Positions 46,657 through 55,037 of a stretch of 55,902 nucleotides of DNA are shown in pieces. Source of the DNA: Baekduia sp. (GTDB lineage Bacteria; Actinomycetota; Thermoleophilia; Solirubrobacterales; Solirubrobacteraceae). Under the pieces are notes generated by a model. The model was given only the letters and a program-made list of their open reading frames with translations, searched no databases and was not told the origin of the DNA. The DNA lies in the NCBI GenBank assembly GCA_035628295.1, contig DASPKC010000183.1:1-55902 (forward strand), written 5' to 3'. Both the position numbers and the translations under genes were made by a program. The first letter of the stretch is position 1; every line of letters begins with the position of its first letter.

Positions 46657-46977
46657 ATGTATCTGAGCATCCGGACGTACCGCGTCGACGAAGGGTCGAT
46701 CGACGCGCTCGCTCATCGCGTGGACCGCGACCTGGCCGACACGTTCGCCAGGGAGCCGGGCTTCGTCTCCTACCAGGTGGTGCGGACCGGGGAGCGCGCC
46801 GTCGCCGCGATCGCCGTCTTCCGCGAGCGCGAGCAGGCGGAGGCGTCCAACGAGCTGGCCGCCGAGTGGGTGGCCGACGAGCTCGCCGACATCCACGTCG
46901 AGCGCCTCGGCGTCATCGGGGGCGAGGTCCTGGTCTCCCGCGCCAGCGCGGAGGTGATGGAGCCGGCGCACCACTGA
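46657..46977 (+). CDS. ABM-like dimeric alpha/beta barrel protein
   Basis: IRTYRV, PGFVSY, F...EQAEASN..AAEWV. Confidence 0.7.
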   Translation: MYLSIRTYRVDEGSIDALAHRVDRDLADTFAREPGFVSYQVVRTGERAVAAIAVFREREQAEASNELAAEWVADELADIHVERLGVIGGEVLVSRASAEVMEPAHH

Positions 46978-47077
46978 GGGCCGCGACAACGGGCGGGGCG
47001 CCGCCCCGCCCGCCTGGGCGAGAGGGCTGCGCCGCGGTATGATGCATATGCCACGAACTCGGTTGGAGGCAGCCACG

Positions 47078-47308
47078 ATGAGCGACACGCTGATCGGTCC
47101 GGACGACATCGCGTACCGGCTGGAGCTCACGCCCGCGCAGCTCAAGGTGACCCACACCGCGCTGCGGTCCTTGCTCGACGACTTCGGCCACGACGAGCGC
47201 GATGTCGTGGCCGTCATCCGTGAGGTGCTGGCAAAGCTGCCCAGCGACCGCGACATGCGCGCGTTCGACCTGGGCGCCGAGCTCGCGCGCCGGCGGGCCA
47301 CCGCCTGA
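47078..47308 (+). CDS. Small hypothetical protein
   Basis: SD GGAGG; LELTPAQLKVTHTALRSLLDDFGHDE. Confidence 0.7.
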   Translation: MSDTLIGPDDIAYRLELTPAQLKVTHTALRSLLDDFGHDERDVVAVIREVLAKLPSDRDMRAFDLGAELARRRATA

Positions 47309-47381
47309 CACGCAGCCAGGCGTCTGCACGACCCCGTGCAGGCGCTTGCGTCCGCCGCGCGCCGGTCAGGAAGCTGGTGCA

Positions 47382-48248
47382 GTGCGCCGCTTCGCGCTCC
47401 TGGTCGCCTCCGTCCTGGGCCTGGCCGCCATCGCGCCTGCCGGCGCCGGGGCGCGCGTCAGCGGGGACGTGGCCGCGCTGCAGGTCGCGCTGCGGGCGGT
47501 CGGGACCTACCACGGCACGGTCGACGGCGTGCGCGGTCCGGCCACCGCACGGGCCGTGCGGGCGCTGCAGCGCCGCCGGGGGCTCACGCCCGACGGGGTG
47601 GCGGGCCCCGCCACGCGCCGCGTGCTCGGGCGCCGTGGCCGGCCCGCATGGGGCTCACGCACGATCGGCCCGGCCGCCCGCGGCTGGGACGTGGTGGTGC
47701 TGCAGTTCCTGCTCGCGAGTCGCGGGTTTCCGTCGGGCCCGTTCGACGGCGGCTTCGGTGAGCGCACGCGCGCGGCGTTGCGCCGGTACCAGCGCTGGGC
47801 CGGCGTGGCCGCCGACGGGCTGGCGGGCCGCGCCACCCAGCGCTCCCTGCGCCGGCCGCCCGCCCGGTCGCCGATCGCGCTGCGCAGCCCGGTCGCGCTG
47901 GGGATGACGGACCGCTTCGGCCCACGCGGCGCCCGGTTCCACAGCGGGGTCGACTTCCCGGTCTGGACGGGCGCGCCCGTGCGCGCGGCGCATCACGGCC
48001 GCGTCGCGTTCGCCGGCTGGGACAGCGGCGGCTACGGGCGCCTGGTCGTCGTGGCGCACCCCAGCGCGCTGAGCACCTGGTACGCGCATCTGTCGCACCT
48101 GGACGCGCGGCGCGGGCAGGCCGTGGCGGCCGGCGCACTGTTGGGCCGCAGCGGCGCCAGCGGTCGCGTGACCGGACCCCACCTGCACTTCGAGGCGCGC
48201 CTGCGCGGCGCGGTGATCGATCCGCGCCCGGCGCTGCTGCCGGGCTGA
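47382..48248 (+). CDS. Peptidoglycan-binding-domain M23 metallopeptidase
   Basis: Signal peptide, two PG-binding-1 domains (VAALQ..L...DG..GPAT), HSGVD, YAHL, TGPHLHFE. Confidence 0.92.
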   Translation: MRRFALLVASVLGLAAIAPAGAGARVSGDVAALQVALRAVGTYHGTVDGVRGPATARAVRALQRRRGLTPDGVAGPATRRVLGRRGRPAWGSRTIGPAARGWDVVVLQFLLASRGFPSGPFDGGFGERTRAALRRYQRWAGVAADGLAGRATQRSLRRPPARSPIALRSPVALGMTDRFGPRGARFHSGVDFPVWTGAPVRAAHHGRVAFAGWDSGGYGRLVVVAHPSALSTWYAHLSHLDARRGQAVAAGALLGRSGASGRVTGPHLHFEARLRGAVIDPRPALLPG

Positions 48249-48252
48249 CCGC

Positions 48253-48444
48253 CTATCGGCGCTCGCCCAGCGGCCGGCGCCCGGCCGGCGTCCGCTGCGC
48301 GCGGAGCGTCAGGACGGTGGCCGGCAGGAGGATGACGAGCCCGACGAGGAGCCCGGCGACCACGACGGCGCCGTCCCCGGTGAGGATGGCCGTGAGGGCG
48401 TAGAGGACCGCATAGGCCGCGAGGACGATCCAGATCGTGCGCAT
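48253..48444 (-). CDS. Small two-TM membrane protein
   Basis: 63 aa, two hydrophobic helices. Confidence 0.55.
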   Translation of the reverse strand: MRTIWIVLAAYAVLYALTAILTGDGAVVVAGLLVGLVILLPATVLTLRAQRTPAGRRPLGERR

Positions 48445-48480
48445 GGCCGGTACCTGCCCGGCGCGCGGGCGCCGGCGCGC

Positions 48481-48684
48481 CTACGATGGCCGGTTGGCCA
48501 GCTGGTCGGTCTCGCGCTCGCGGTCGCCGACGCGGCGATCCACGCCGCGCTGGATGACGACGAAAACGACCGCGCCGAGCACGATGACGGCGCTGACGAC
48601 GAGCAGCTCGGCACCGCCCACGATCGGGAACGCGATCGCGACGATCAGGAGACCGATGATGACGGTGAGGGGCATGGCAGCCAT
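48481..48684 (-). CDS. Small two-TM membrane protein
   Basis: 67 aa, two hydrophobic helices and a charged tail. Confidence 0.55.
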   Translation of the reverse strand: MAAMPLTVIIGLLIVAIAFPIVGGAELLVVSAVIVLGAVVFVVIQRGVDRRVGDRERETDQLANRPS

Positions 48685-48753
48685 GGGATCTGCGTGCCCG
48701 GCGCCGCGCCGCGCACACCCTGTGGGAGCCTGCGTCGGCGCCTTGGCAGCCCG

Positions 48754-49410
48754 TCAGGCGTCCTGCAGCTCGCGGCCGTCGCGGGTGCGTGCCACCGTCC
48801 CGGGGCCCAGGCGCGACCAGGCGACGAGCCCTGCGGCGCCGAGCATGGAGCCGATGCCGTCGGCCAGCAGGTCGCGGTTCGTGTCGCCCACGGACTCCTG
48901 CAGCGACGAGCCGGCGAGTCCGTCGGAGAGCCCCTCGGCCAGCTCCCACACGCCGCCGATCGCGAGGCCGACGCACGCGGTGACGACGAAGACGCCGACG
49001 TCGCCGCGCCCCGCGAGGTCGTCGTGCGGGTCGCGCAGGTCGCGCACGACCTCGAGCCGTGCGAGCGCCAGGTACGCGGCCGGTGCGGTGAGCGCCGGCA
49101 GCGTGACGTGCACCAGCGTGTCGAAGCCGCCCCAGGCGTCGTACAGCCCCAGCGCCTCGCCGCCGCACTGCAGCACGAGGGCGGCGACGACCGTCAGGTC
49201 GTAGACGGCGGGCAGCATCGCGAAGCGGAGCACCAGCGCGGCGGTCGCGCCGGCGCCGAGGACCACGATGGCCTTGCCGTCGCCGGCGACGATCCCGGCG
49301 GCCAGGCCCGCCAGCAGGACGAGGCGCAACGCGTCGGCGGTGCGCAGGAGCGCCGGCCGCACGACGGGCGCGTGCCTGGTCGGGGCCTGCCGTTCCTGCA
49401 CCGCGGACAT
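48754..49410 (-). CDS. Membrane protein (DUF2238/YjdF-like)
   Basis: LYD....DTLVH, WELAE...D, DT..DL.AD..G. Confidence 0.7.
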   Translation of the reverse strand: MSAVQERQAPTRHAPVVRPALLRTADALRLVLLAGLAAGIVAGDGKAIVVLGAGATAALVLRFAMLPAVYDLTVVAALVLQCGGEALGLYDAWGGFDTLVHVTLPALTAPAAYLALARLEVVRDLRDPHDDLAGRGDVGVFVVTACVGLAIGGVWELAEGLSDGLAGSSLQESVGDTNRDLLADGIGSMLGAAGLVAWSRLGPGTVARTRDGRELQDA

Positions 49411-49530
49411 GCCCGACGCGTACCCGGCGCGGCGCCCGAGCCGCACAGGACAGGGGACGGACCCGGCGGCCACGGGCCGACACCTGTCCGGCCGGGTGCA
49501 GGCGCCCCCCGGCGTGCCGATCTCCCTGGC

Positions 49531-50160
49531 ATGTCGTCGCCCGCCCGCCGTCCGTCGTCGTGGGCGCTCGCGGCCGGCGCCCTGGCGCTGGCGCTGATGG
49601 TCTGGGGCTGGACGGCGCGCCAGGACCGGCTCGAGCTCGAGCGCCGCGCCGGCGCCGTCGCCGGGCAGATCGCCGGCCGCGACGTCCGCGTGCGCTGTCC
49701 GGGCGTCCTGCGCCGCACGTTCGCGGGCTTCTCGGTGACCTCGGGCCACGTGGAGTTCTCGGCCGAGGGCACGCCCGGGGACGAGGCGTGGCTCGAGAAG
49801 GGGCCGTGCGCGGCGCTGCGCCGCCTCCTCGACGGCGACGCTGCGGCGGACCTCGCGTGCGTCGCGCGCGCCGGGCTCTGCGACGCGCGTGCCGACGAGC
49901 TCGCGCGGGCGGTCGACGTCCTCGCGCACGAGTCCCAGCACCTGGCCGGGATCCTGGCCGAGGACGTCGCCGAGTGCCGCGCGCTGCAGGCGATGGCCCA
50001 GGTCGCCGTGGCGCTCGGGGCCGACCCGGCGGCCGCCCAGGCGCTCGCCGCGCTGCAGCACCGCACGAGCTACCACCTGATGCCCGCCCGCTATCAGCAC
50101 CAGGAGTGCCGGCCGGGCGGCGCGCTGGATCTCACGCCGCGCGACGGCCGCTGGCCGTAG
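49531..50160 (+). CDS. Membrane-anchored HExxH (zincin-like) Cys-rich protein
   Basis: N-terminal TM, VLAHESQHLAG...E..AEC, C-terminal ECRPGGALDL. Confidence 0.65.
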   Translation: MSSPARRPSSWALAAGALALALMVWGWTARQDRLELERRAGAVAGQIAGRDVRVRCPGVLRRTFAGFSVTSGHVEFSAEGTPGDEAWLEKGPCAALRRLLDGDAAADLACVARAGLCDARADELARAVDVLAHESQHLAGILAEDVAECRALQAMAQVAVALGADPAAAQALAALQHRTSYHLMPARYQHQECRPGGALDLTPRDGRWP

Positions 50161-50176
50161 GCGCGCTGGGCCGCGA

Positions 50177-51073
50177 TCAGGCGATGGCAGGCGGTGCTGC
50201 CGCGGCGCGCTGGATCGCCTGCGCGACCGCCTCGCGCCCGGGTCCGAGCACGATCGTGTAGTGGTTGGTGTCGGGCACCAGCACGGCGCGGCGCTGGTCG
50301 GGTGCGGCGGCCGCCCACGCCTCGGCGGCGTCCAGCGGCTGCATCGGCTGGGGGTTGTCCTGCAGGCCTCGGGGCGCCACGAGCAGCACGGCCGGGACCG
50401 ACAGCCGGCGGGCCGCCTCGCCGACCGCGTGCAACTCGGCGGCGTCGCCACGGACGGCCTGCTCGGCGACGGTCGAGCGCAGCTCGGGCGCCTCGCCGGT
50501 CAGGTCGTGGCGCGCGAACGCCACGAGGTCCTCCTCGTCGATGTCCTTGCCGGCGAAGGCGGGGTGCGCGCGCCAGAACTCCAGGTAGGCCTCGAGCGAC
50601 GCGAACCGCATCGACAGCCGCGCGAGCGTCGGGCCGAGGAACGCCTCGAGGAACGCCTGCGGGTCCGCGTCCTCGGTGCCGGGGATCCGCAGGCCGCCGT
50701 CGACGAGGACGGCGCCGGCGACGCGGTCGGGGTGCTCGGCCGCCACGCTCGCCGTCACGTACGCGCCCAGCGAGTGCCCGGCGACGACCGCACGCTCCGC
50801 GCCCAGGTGGTCCAGCACGGCCAGCACGTCCGCCGCGTGGGCCGCCTGGCCGAACGGGCCGCCGAGATCCCGGCTGGCGCCGCGGCCCCGCAGATCGGGC
50901 GCGACGAACCGCACGCCGTCGTCCAGCGCCCGCGCGACGCCGAGCCAGTAGTGGCTGTTGCCGGTGATGCCGTGCATCGCGATGACCACGGGCGCGCCCT
51001 CGACCGCCGAGCCCATCTCGAAGGCCGCCAGGCTGCCGCCGCTGACCGGGACGTCGTGCCGCGTGATCTGCAT
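50177..51073 (-). CDS. Alpha/beta hydrolase
   Basis: HGITG, APDLRGRG.S, GHSLG, NHYTI. Confidence 0.9.
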   Translation of the reverse strand: MQITRHDVPVSGGSLAAFEMGSAVEGAPVVIAMHGITGNSHYWLGVARALDDGVRFVAPDLRGRGASRDLGGPFGQAAHAADVLAVLDHLGAERAVVAGHSLGAYVTASVAAEHPDRVAGAVLVDGGLRIPGTEDADPQAFLEAFLGPTLARLSMRFASLEAYLEFWRAHPAFAGKDIDEEDLVAFARHDLTGEAPELRSTVAEQAVRGDAAELHAVGEAARRLSVPAVLLVAPRGLQDNPQPMQPLDAAEAWAAAAPDQRRAVLVPDTNHYTIVLGPGREAVAQAIQRAAAAPPAIA

Positions 51074-51220
51074 GGCCCGACCGTACCGAGGGCGCGGGGC
51101 GCTGTCGCAGGCCTCCACCGGACCCGGACGTCTCGGCCGCGCTGCGCCCCCTCCGGGTGTCATAACCACCATTATCGAGCGTCGCCAGGAGGCACGGTGG
51201 TGCCCTCCGTGCGTGACGTT

Positions 51221-51248
51221 CGGCGGGCCCGCGTGACCGGGCCCGCCG
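51221..51248 (-). terminator. GC-rich hairpin downstream of the small secreted peptide gene
   Basis: CGGCGGGCCCG-CGTGAC-CGGGCCCGCCG, 11-bp stem, no U-tract. Confidence 0.5.
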
Positions 51249-51257
51249 GCGGCGCCG

Positions 51258-51470
51258 TCAGACGCGGTCGCCGCAGCTGCGGTACTGGAAGCGCTGCGTG
51301 CCGCTGCTGTTCATGTAGTACGTGTCGCCTTGCGAGCACGCGCTCTGGCCGCCGGGCAGCTTGGACGGCCGCGAGTACGCGGCGCTGGCCGGGACGGCTC
51401 CTGCCGCGGCCGCGCCCATGGCCAGGGCGGCGACGACGGCGGTGCGGACGCGGTGCGGCATGGTGATCAT
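51258..51470 (-). CDS. Small secreted peptide (70 aa, ~40-aa mature part with 2 Cys)
   Basis: SD GGAGGAG, signal peptide ending ASA-A, GC-rich third codon positions. Confidence 0.7.
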   Translation of the reverse strand: MITMPHRVRTAVVAALAMGAAAAGAVPASAAYSRPSKLPGGQSACSQGDTYYMNSSGTQRFQYRSCGDRV

Positions 51471-51578
51471 CTGTGCTCCTCCGGTGGTGTCGGTCCGGGG
51501 TCGTGCCCCGCTACTGGCCATGACGCGGCGCGGCGACGGGCATTCCCGTCTGTGCCGCCCTGCACAGAGGGCCACGTG

Positions 51579-52010
51579 TCAGACGCGCAGCGGGTCGACC
51601 CAGCGCAGCCCGGAGAAGCGGCCGAAGTCGGCATCGCTCGAGCAGAGCTCGGCCCCATGCTCGATCGCCAGGGCGGCGAGGTGGGCGTCGACGGTGAGGT
51701 TGCCGCCGGTCCCCAGCGGGGTCAGCAGCTCCCGGAGCACGGCCGCATGACGATCGGTCGGGTGGACCACGACGACGTTGGGCCGGGCCAGCCAGCCGTC
51801 GACGATGTCGAGCGCCTCGCCCGCGGTCATCGGTGACGCCATCACCTGCGGGCGCGTCGTCAGGCGCACGAACGCCAGCAGGACGGTCCAGGCGAGCGCG
51901 ACCGTGTGGCGGCCGCCGAACGCCTCCTGCGCCCACGCCCGCGCGGGCGCGTGGCGCGCGGACGTCTCGTCGACCGCGTAGAGCAAGAGGTTGACGTCGG
52001 GCAGGATCAC
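51579..52010 (-). CDS. vapC: VapC PIN-domain toxin
   Basis: ILPDVNLLLYA, F.RL.T, GNL..DAHLAALAIEHG, SSDADF.RF.GL.W.DPL. Confidence 0.93.
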   Translation of the reverse strand: MILPDVNLLLYAVDETSARHAPARAWAQEAFGGRHTVALAWTVLLAFVRLTTRPQVMASPMTAGEALDIVDGWLARPNVVVVHPTDRHAAVLRELLTPLGTGGNLTVDAHLAALAIEHGAELCSSDADFGRFSGLRWVDPLRV

Positions 52011-52267
52011 TTGCGCAGCTCGAGCTTGCGCAGCGTCCCCTCGTCCTCGAGATCGGCCGCCAGGGCGAGAGCTTTGTCGATGTCGACGCCGGGCCGCACA
52101 CCGAGCGGCCGCGTCGGCAGGACGTACTCGTCGCCGGCCGACCGCGACGGATGGACGCCGGCCCGCAGGACCTCGTTGATGACCACCTTGAGGGGCACTC
52201 CCCTCTCCCGGGCCAGCGCCCGCAGGCGGGCGTCGACATCCGGATCGAGGTCGACGGTGGTCCGCAC
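52007..52267 (-). CDS. vapB: VapB RHH antitoxin
   Basis: MRTTVDLDPDV...L..LA.ERG..LK.VINE.LR.G; 4-nt overlap with vapC. Confidence 0.9.
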   Translation of the reverse strand: MRTTVDLDPDVDARLRALARERGVPLKVVINEVLRAGVHPSRSAGDEYVLPTRPLGVRPGVDIDKALALAADLEDEGTLRKLELRK

Positions 52268-52293
52268 GTCCGCATCCTAGCATCAGTCCATCG

Positions 52294-52307
52294 CGCATCA
52301 TGATGCG
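52294..52307. promoter_or_regulatory. Palindrome CGCATCATGATGCG, probable VapB operator
   Basis: Perfect 14-bp palindrome, with extra GCATC half-sites at 52272 and 52280, upstream of vapB. Confidence 0.6.
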
Positions 52308-52472
52308 TCCGGCCGCGCGCGACTCGACGGATGGACGAGGTCCTGGTCCTTGACCCGACACGGCAACAGGTCCACTGTCGGTCGCTGCCGCCCGTGTCTC
52401 CGTCCCCGAGCGCTGCCGCCGGTCCGCCGGGCGCTGCCATCTCTCCGTCCCACGTGCAGCAGAGGAGTCGAC

Positions 52473-53351
52473 ATGCCGTCGTCGCGCTTTGCCCTGGCCA
52501 CCCTGACCGTCTGCGCCGCCGCGCTGGCCGGCGCCGCGGCTCCGGCCCCGGCGGCCATGACGCTCACCAACCCCGGCTTCGAGACCGGGACGACCGCGGG
52601 CTGGAGCGGCACCGGGGCGGTGACGTCGTCCTACGGCTCGTACACCGCGCCGCTGGGGTCCTCGTTCGCCGTCGTCCAGTCGCTCACGTGCCCCGGCCAG
52701 TACCTCGAGCAGACGTTCACCGCCGCCGCGGGCGATGTGCTCCGCGGCCAGGCGTTCTTCGTCACCGGCGACTACTGGCCCTTCAACGACAGCGGCGGCG
52801 TCAAGGTGGTCGTCGCGGCCGGCGGCGGTGAGACCGTGCTGTTCAGCTCGAGCGTCGCCGCCGTCGGGGCCTCCGGCGGCACGCCGTGGACGCCCTTCTC
52901 CTACACCGCGCCGGCGTCGGGGACGTACACCGTGCACGTACGGGTGGACAACGTGGGCGACTGCTCGGTCGCGAGTACGGTCGGTCTGGACCTGCTGGAG
53001 TACGACTTCGACGGGTTCTTCCAGCCGGTCGACGCCGGCGACGTGCTCAACGCCGCCAAGGCCGGCAGCGCGATCCCGGTGAAGTTCAGCGTCGGGGCCG
53101 ACCACGGCCTGGACATCATGGGGGTCGGATCGCCCACCTCGCAGCCCATCTCCTGTGACGCCGGCGCCCCGGTGGACGCCGTCGAGGAGACCGTGACGGC
53201 CGGCTCCAGCAGCTTGTCCTACGACCCGGTCGCAGGCCACTACGTCTACGTCTGGAAGTCCGAGAAGGCGTGGGCGGGCACCTGCCGCCGGCTGACCGTC
53301 GCGCTGGCCGACGGCACGGCGCACACCGCGAGGTTCAAGTTCGGCAAGTAG
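52473..53351 (+). CDS. Secreted protein with CBM-like N-domain and C-terminal PxKF domain
   Basis: Signal peptide, NPGFETG...GW, F.GFFQPVD, AGSAIPVKFS, YVYVWK, GTCR; SD GAGGAG. Confidence 0.85.
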   Translation: MPSSRFALATLTVCAAALAGAAAPAPAAMTLTNPGFETGTTAGWSGTGAVTSSYGSYTAPLGSSFAVVQSLTCPGQYLEQTFTAAAGDVLRGQAFFVTGDYWPFNDSGGVKVVVAAGGGETVLFSSSVAAVGASGGTPWTPFSYTAPASGTYTVHVRVDNVGDCSVASTVGLDLLEYDFDGFFQPVDAGDVLNAAKAGSAIPVKFSVGADHGLDIMGVGSPTSQPISCDAGAPVDAVEETVTAGSSSLSYDPVAGHYVYVWKSEKAWAGTCRRLTVALADGTAHTARFKFGK

Positions 53352-53399
53352 GGCGTGCCGGCCGGGGGCGGCGCCGCCGCGCCGCCCCCGGGCCGACGC

Positions 53400-54512
53400 T
53401 CACAGCCGGGCGCTGCGGCGACGCAGCCACTCGCCCAGCAGCGGATCCACGAGCGCCACCTGGCGGCTCGCGGGCGCGCGTCTCAGGACCTGGCCGTCGG
53501 CGACCAGCCGGTTGGTGGCGTTGGCCAGCGTGGAGCGCGGCATCTGGTGGTCGTCGGCCAGCCGGCGTCCCGTCGGGGGCCGGCCGTCGGCGACCGCTGC
53601 GGTGACGATCTGCTCGGCGCGGTTGAGGCCGTCCCACGTGGCCTGCAGCGCGTCGTCGGCCTCCCCCAACGCCCGGTCGAGCGCGACGAGCACCGGATGC
53701 AGGGCCTGCTCCTCCAGCGCGTCGTAGAGGTGGTGAGCCACCAGGATGGTCCGCTGCGGATGCCCGCCGGTGAACTGCAGCAGGTCGGCCACGTGCCCCT
53801 GCGGGTCGAGGCCGTGCCGGTGCAGGGTCGCCTCGAGGTCGGCCAGCGCCTCGTCGAACGGCAGCGGCGGGAGCTCCATCGGCCGGGCCTGGCCGTAGAA
53901 CGGCCGCTCGCGGTCGGCGAACAGCGCGCGCATCAGCGACGGCTGGCTGCCGGCGTAGACGTAGGCCGCGCTGTGGCCCTGGTGCTGCAGGACCGACCGG
54001 AACAGGCCGTCGAGCCCGTCGCCCGCAACGAGCAGGTCCTGGAACTCGTCCATGCACACGAGCGTGAAGCCCTGGTCGTGGTCGTGGAGACGCTGGGGCA
54101 GGTCCAGCAGCTCGAGCAGTGCCGCTTGGGCGTCGTGCGGGCGCAGCTCGGCCCGGGGGGCGAGATGCAGGGCGGCGGGACCCGAGCCGATCGTGAGCCC
54201 GAGGCGCGCCACCCAGCGGGCCACGGCGCCGGTCGGGTCGGCCGGCAGGCGCGAGTAGGCCGCGGCGAGGCGCGCCACCGCGTCGGCGTAGGTCGTCACC
54301 CGGGAGAAGTCGACGAGCACCGCCCGGTGCCCGGCCTCGGTCATCTGCGCGATGTGCGCCCGCAGCACGCTCGTCTTGCCGAACCGCCGGGGTGCCGCGA
54401 GGCGGACGGCTACGCGATTGGCGCCGGCACGCTGCAGGTCGTGCAGCTCCTGCCGCCGGTCGATCAGGCTCTCCCCCGCCACCGGCCCCTGGTAGTTGAA
54501 CGGGTTCACCAC
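53400..54512 (-). CDS. P-loop ATPase (archaeal-ATPase-like) with C-terminal winged helix
   Basis: NPF.Y.GP, APRRFGKTS, DEFQ, AGS, PFYG, TGGHP, wHTH and DPLLGEW. Confidence 0.85.
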   Translation of the reverse strand: MVNPFNYQGPVAGESLIDRRQELHDLQRAGANRVAVRLAAPRRFGKTSVLRAHIAQMTEAGHRAVLVDFSRVTTYADAVARLAAAYSRLPADPTGAVARWVARLGLTIGSGPAALHLAPRAELRPHDAQAALLELLDLPQRLHDHDQGFTLVCMDEFQDLLVAGDGLDGLFRSVLQHQGHSAAYVYAGSQPSLMRALFADRERPFYGQARPMELPPLPFDEALADLEATLHRHGLDPQGHVADLLQFTGGHPQRTILVAHHLYDALEEQALHPVLVALDRALGEADDALQATWDGLNRAEQIVTAAVADGRPPTGRRLADDHQMPRSTLANATNRLVADGQVLRRAPASRQVALVDPLLGEWLRRRSARL

Positions 54513-54520
54513 GTGCCGAC

Positions 54521-54563
54521 GGTACCACAAGGAGGTACCAAGTGGTACCACCTATACGTACCA
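54521..54563. promoter_or_regulatory. Four GTACCA/GGTACC repeats in a divergent promoter
   Basis: GGTACCA at 54521, 54534 and 54544, CGTACCA at 54557. Confidence 0.6.
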
Positions 54564-54566
54564 AGG

Positions 54567-54830
54567 ATGGCGGCGGCGCCCGCGGTGACCGGCCCGGCCG
54601 GCACCGGTAGCCTCGCGCCGGTGCGGCCCGCCGACCCGGACGACGACGCGCTCCTGGACCCGCCAGCAGTGGCGGCCTGGCTCCAGGTGGACCCGGGTTG
54701 GGTGCGCCAGGCGGTGCGGGACGAGCAGCTGCCCGTCATGGGGTTCACGACGACGGGCGACCCTGTCGTCGCCGCTGGCGAGGTCCGCGCCTGGCTGCGC
54801 CGCCCCGACCCCCACGGCGACGAGACCTGA
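54567..54830 (+). CDS. Small excisionase-like HTH protein
   Basis: LLDPPAVAAWLQVDPGWVRQAV...LP...EVRAWL (HTH_17-like pattern). Confidence 0.55.
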   Translation: MAAAPAVTGPAGTGSLAPVRPADPDDDALLDPPAVAAWLQVDPGWVRQAVRDEQLPVMGFTTTGDPVVAAGEVRAWLRRPDPHGDET

Positions 54831-54837
54831 GTCCCTG

Positions 54838-54879
54838 AAAAAAACAGCGGTGAGGCACCATCCATGTGCCTCACCGCCG
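54838..54879 (-). terminator. Intrinsic terminator
   Basis: Minus strand CGGCGGTGAGGCAC-ATGGATG-GTGCCTCACCGCTG followed by TTTTTTT. Confidence 0.85.
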
Positions 54880-54970
54880 CTACGGCATGGGGGGAGTCAG
54901 CGCGCCGAGAGCCGTCGACCTCTCCCGTCCGGCTGGTGAGCCGCGCCCGTCCGACGTGGGCTCGCGCTGA
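54838..54970 (-). ncRNA. Candidate sigma28/WhiG-dependent small RNA (~130 nt)
   Basis: Own promoter-like motif, UCAGCGCG/CGCGCUGA closing stem, CUCCCCCC tract, terminator, no credible ORF. Confidence 0.55.
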
Positions 54971-54975
54971 GGGGT

Positions 54976-55002
54976 GTATCGGCGCACGCGCGGCAAGCTT
55001 GA
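54976..55002 (-). promoter_or_regulatory. Sigma28 (FliA/WhiG)-type promoter TCAAG-N14-GCCGATAC
   Basis: Compares with TAAAG-N14-GCCGATAA: exact spacing, one mismatch in each element. Confidence 0.6.
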
Positions 55003-55037
55003 GCGCGCCACGTTGCCCGCCGTCCGCCGCAGAACGT

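Noticed and set aside
51159-51178. Fur/Zur-like box (minus strand GATAATGGTGGTTATG)
   Set aside because: Only a half-site matches and there is no metal-related neighbour; it could be a -10 element or chance.
51258-55000. Integrated mobile element or prophage
   Set aside because: vapBC, ATPase and an excisionase-like HTH are present, but there is no integrase, tRNA, att repeat or phage gene.
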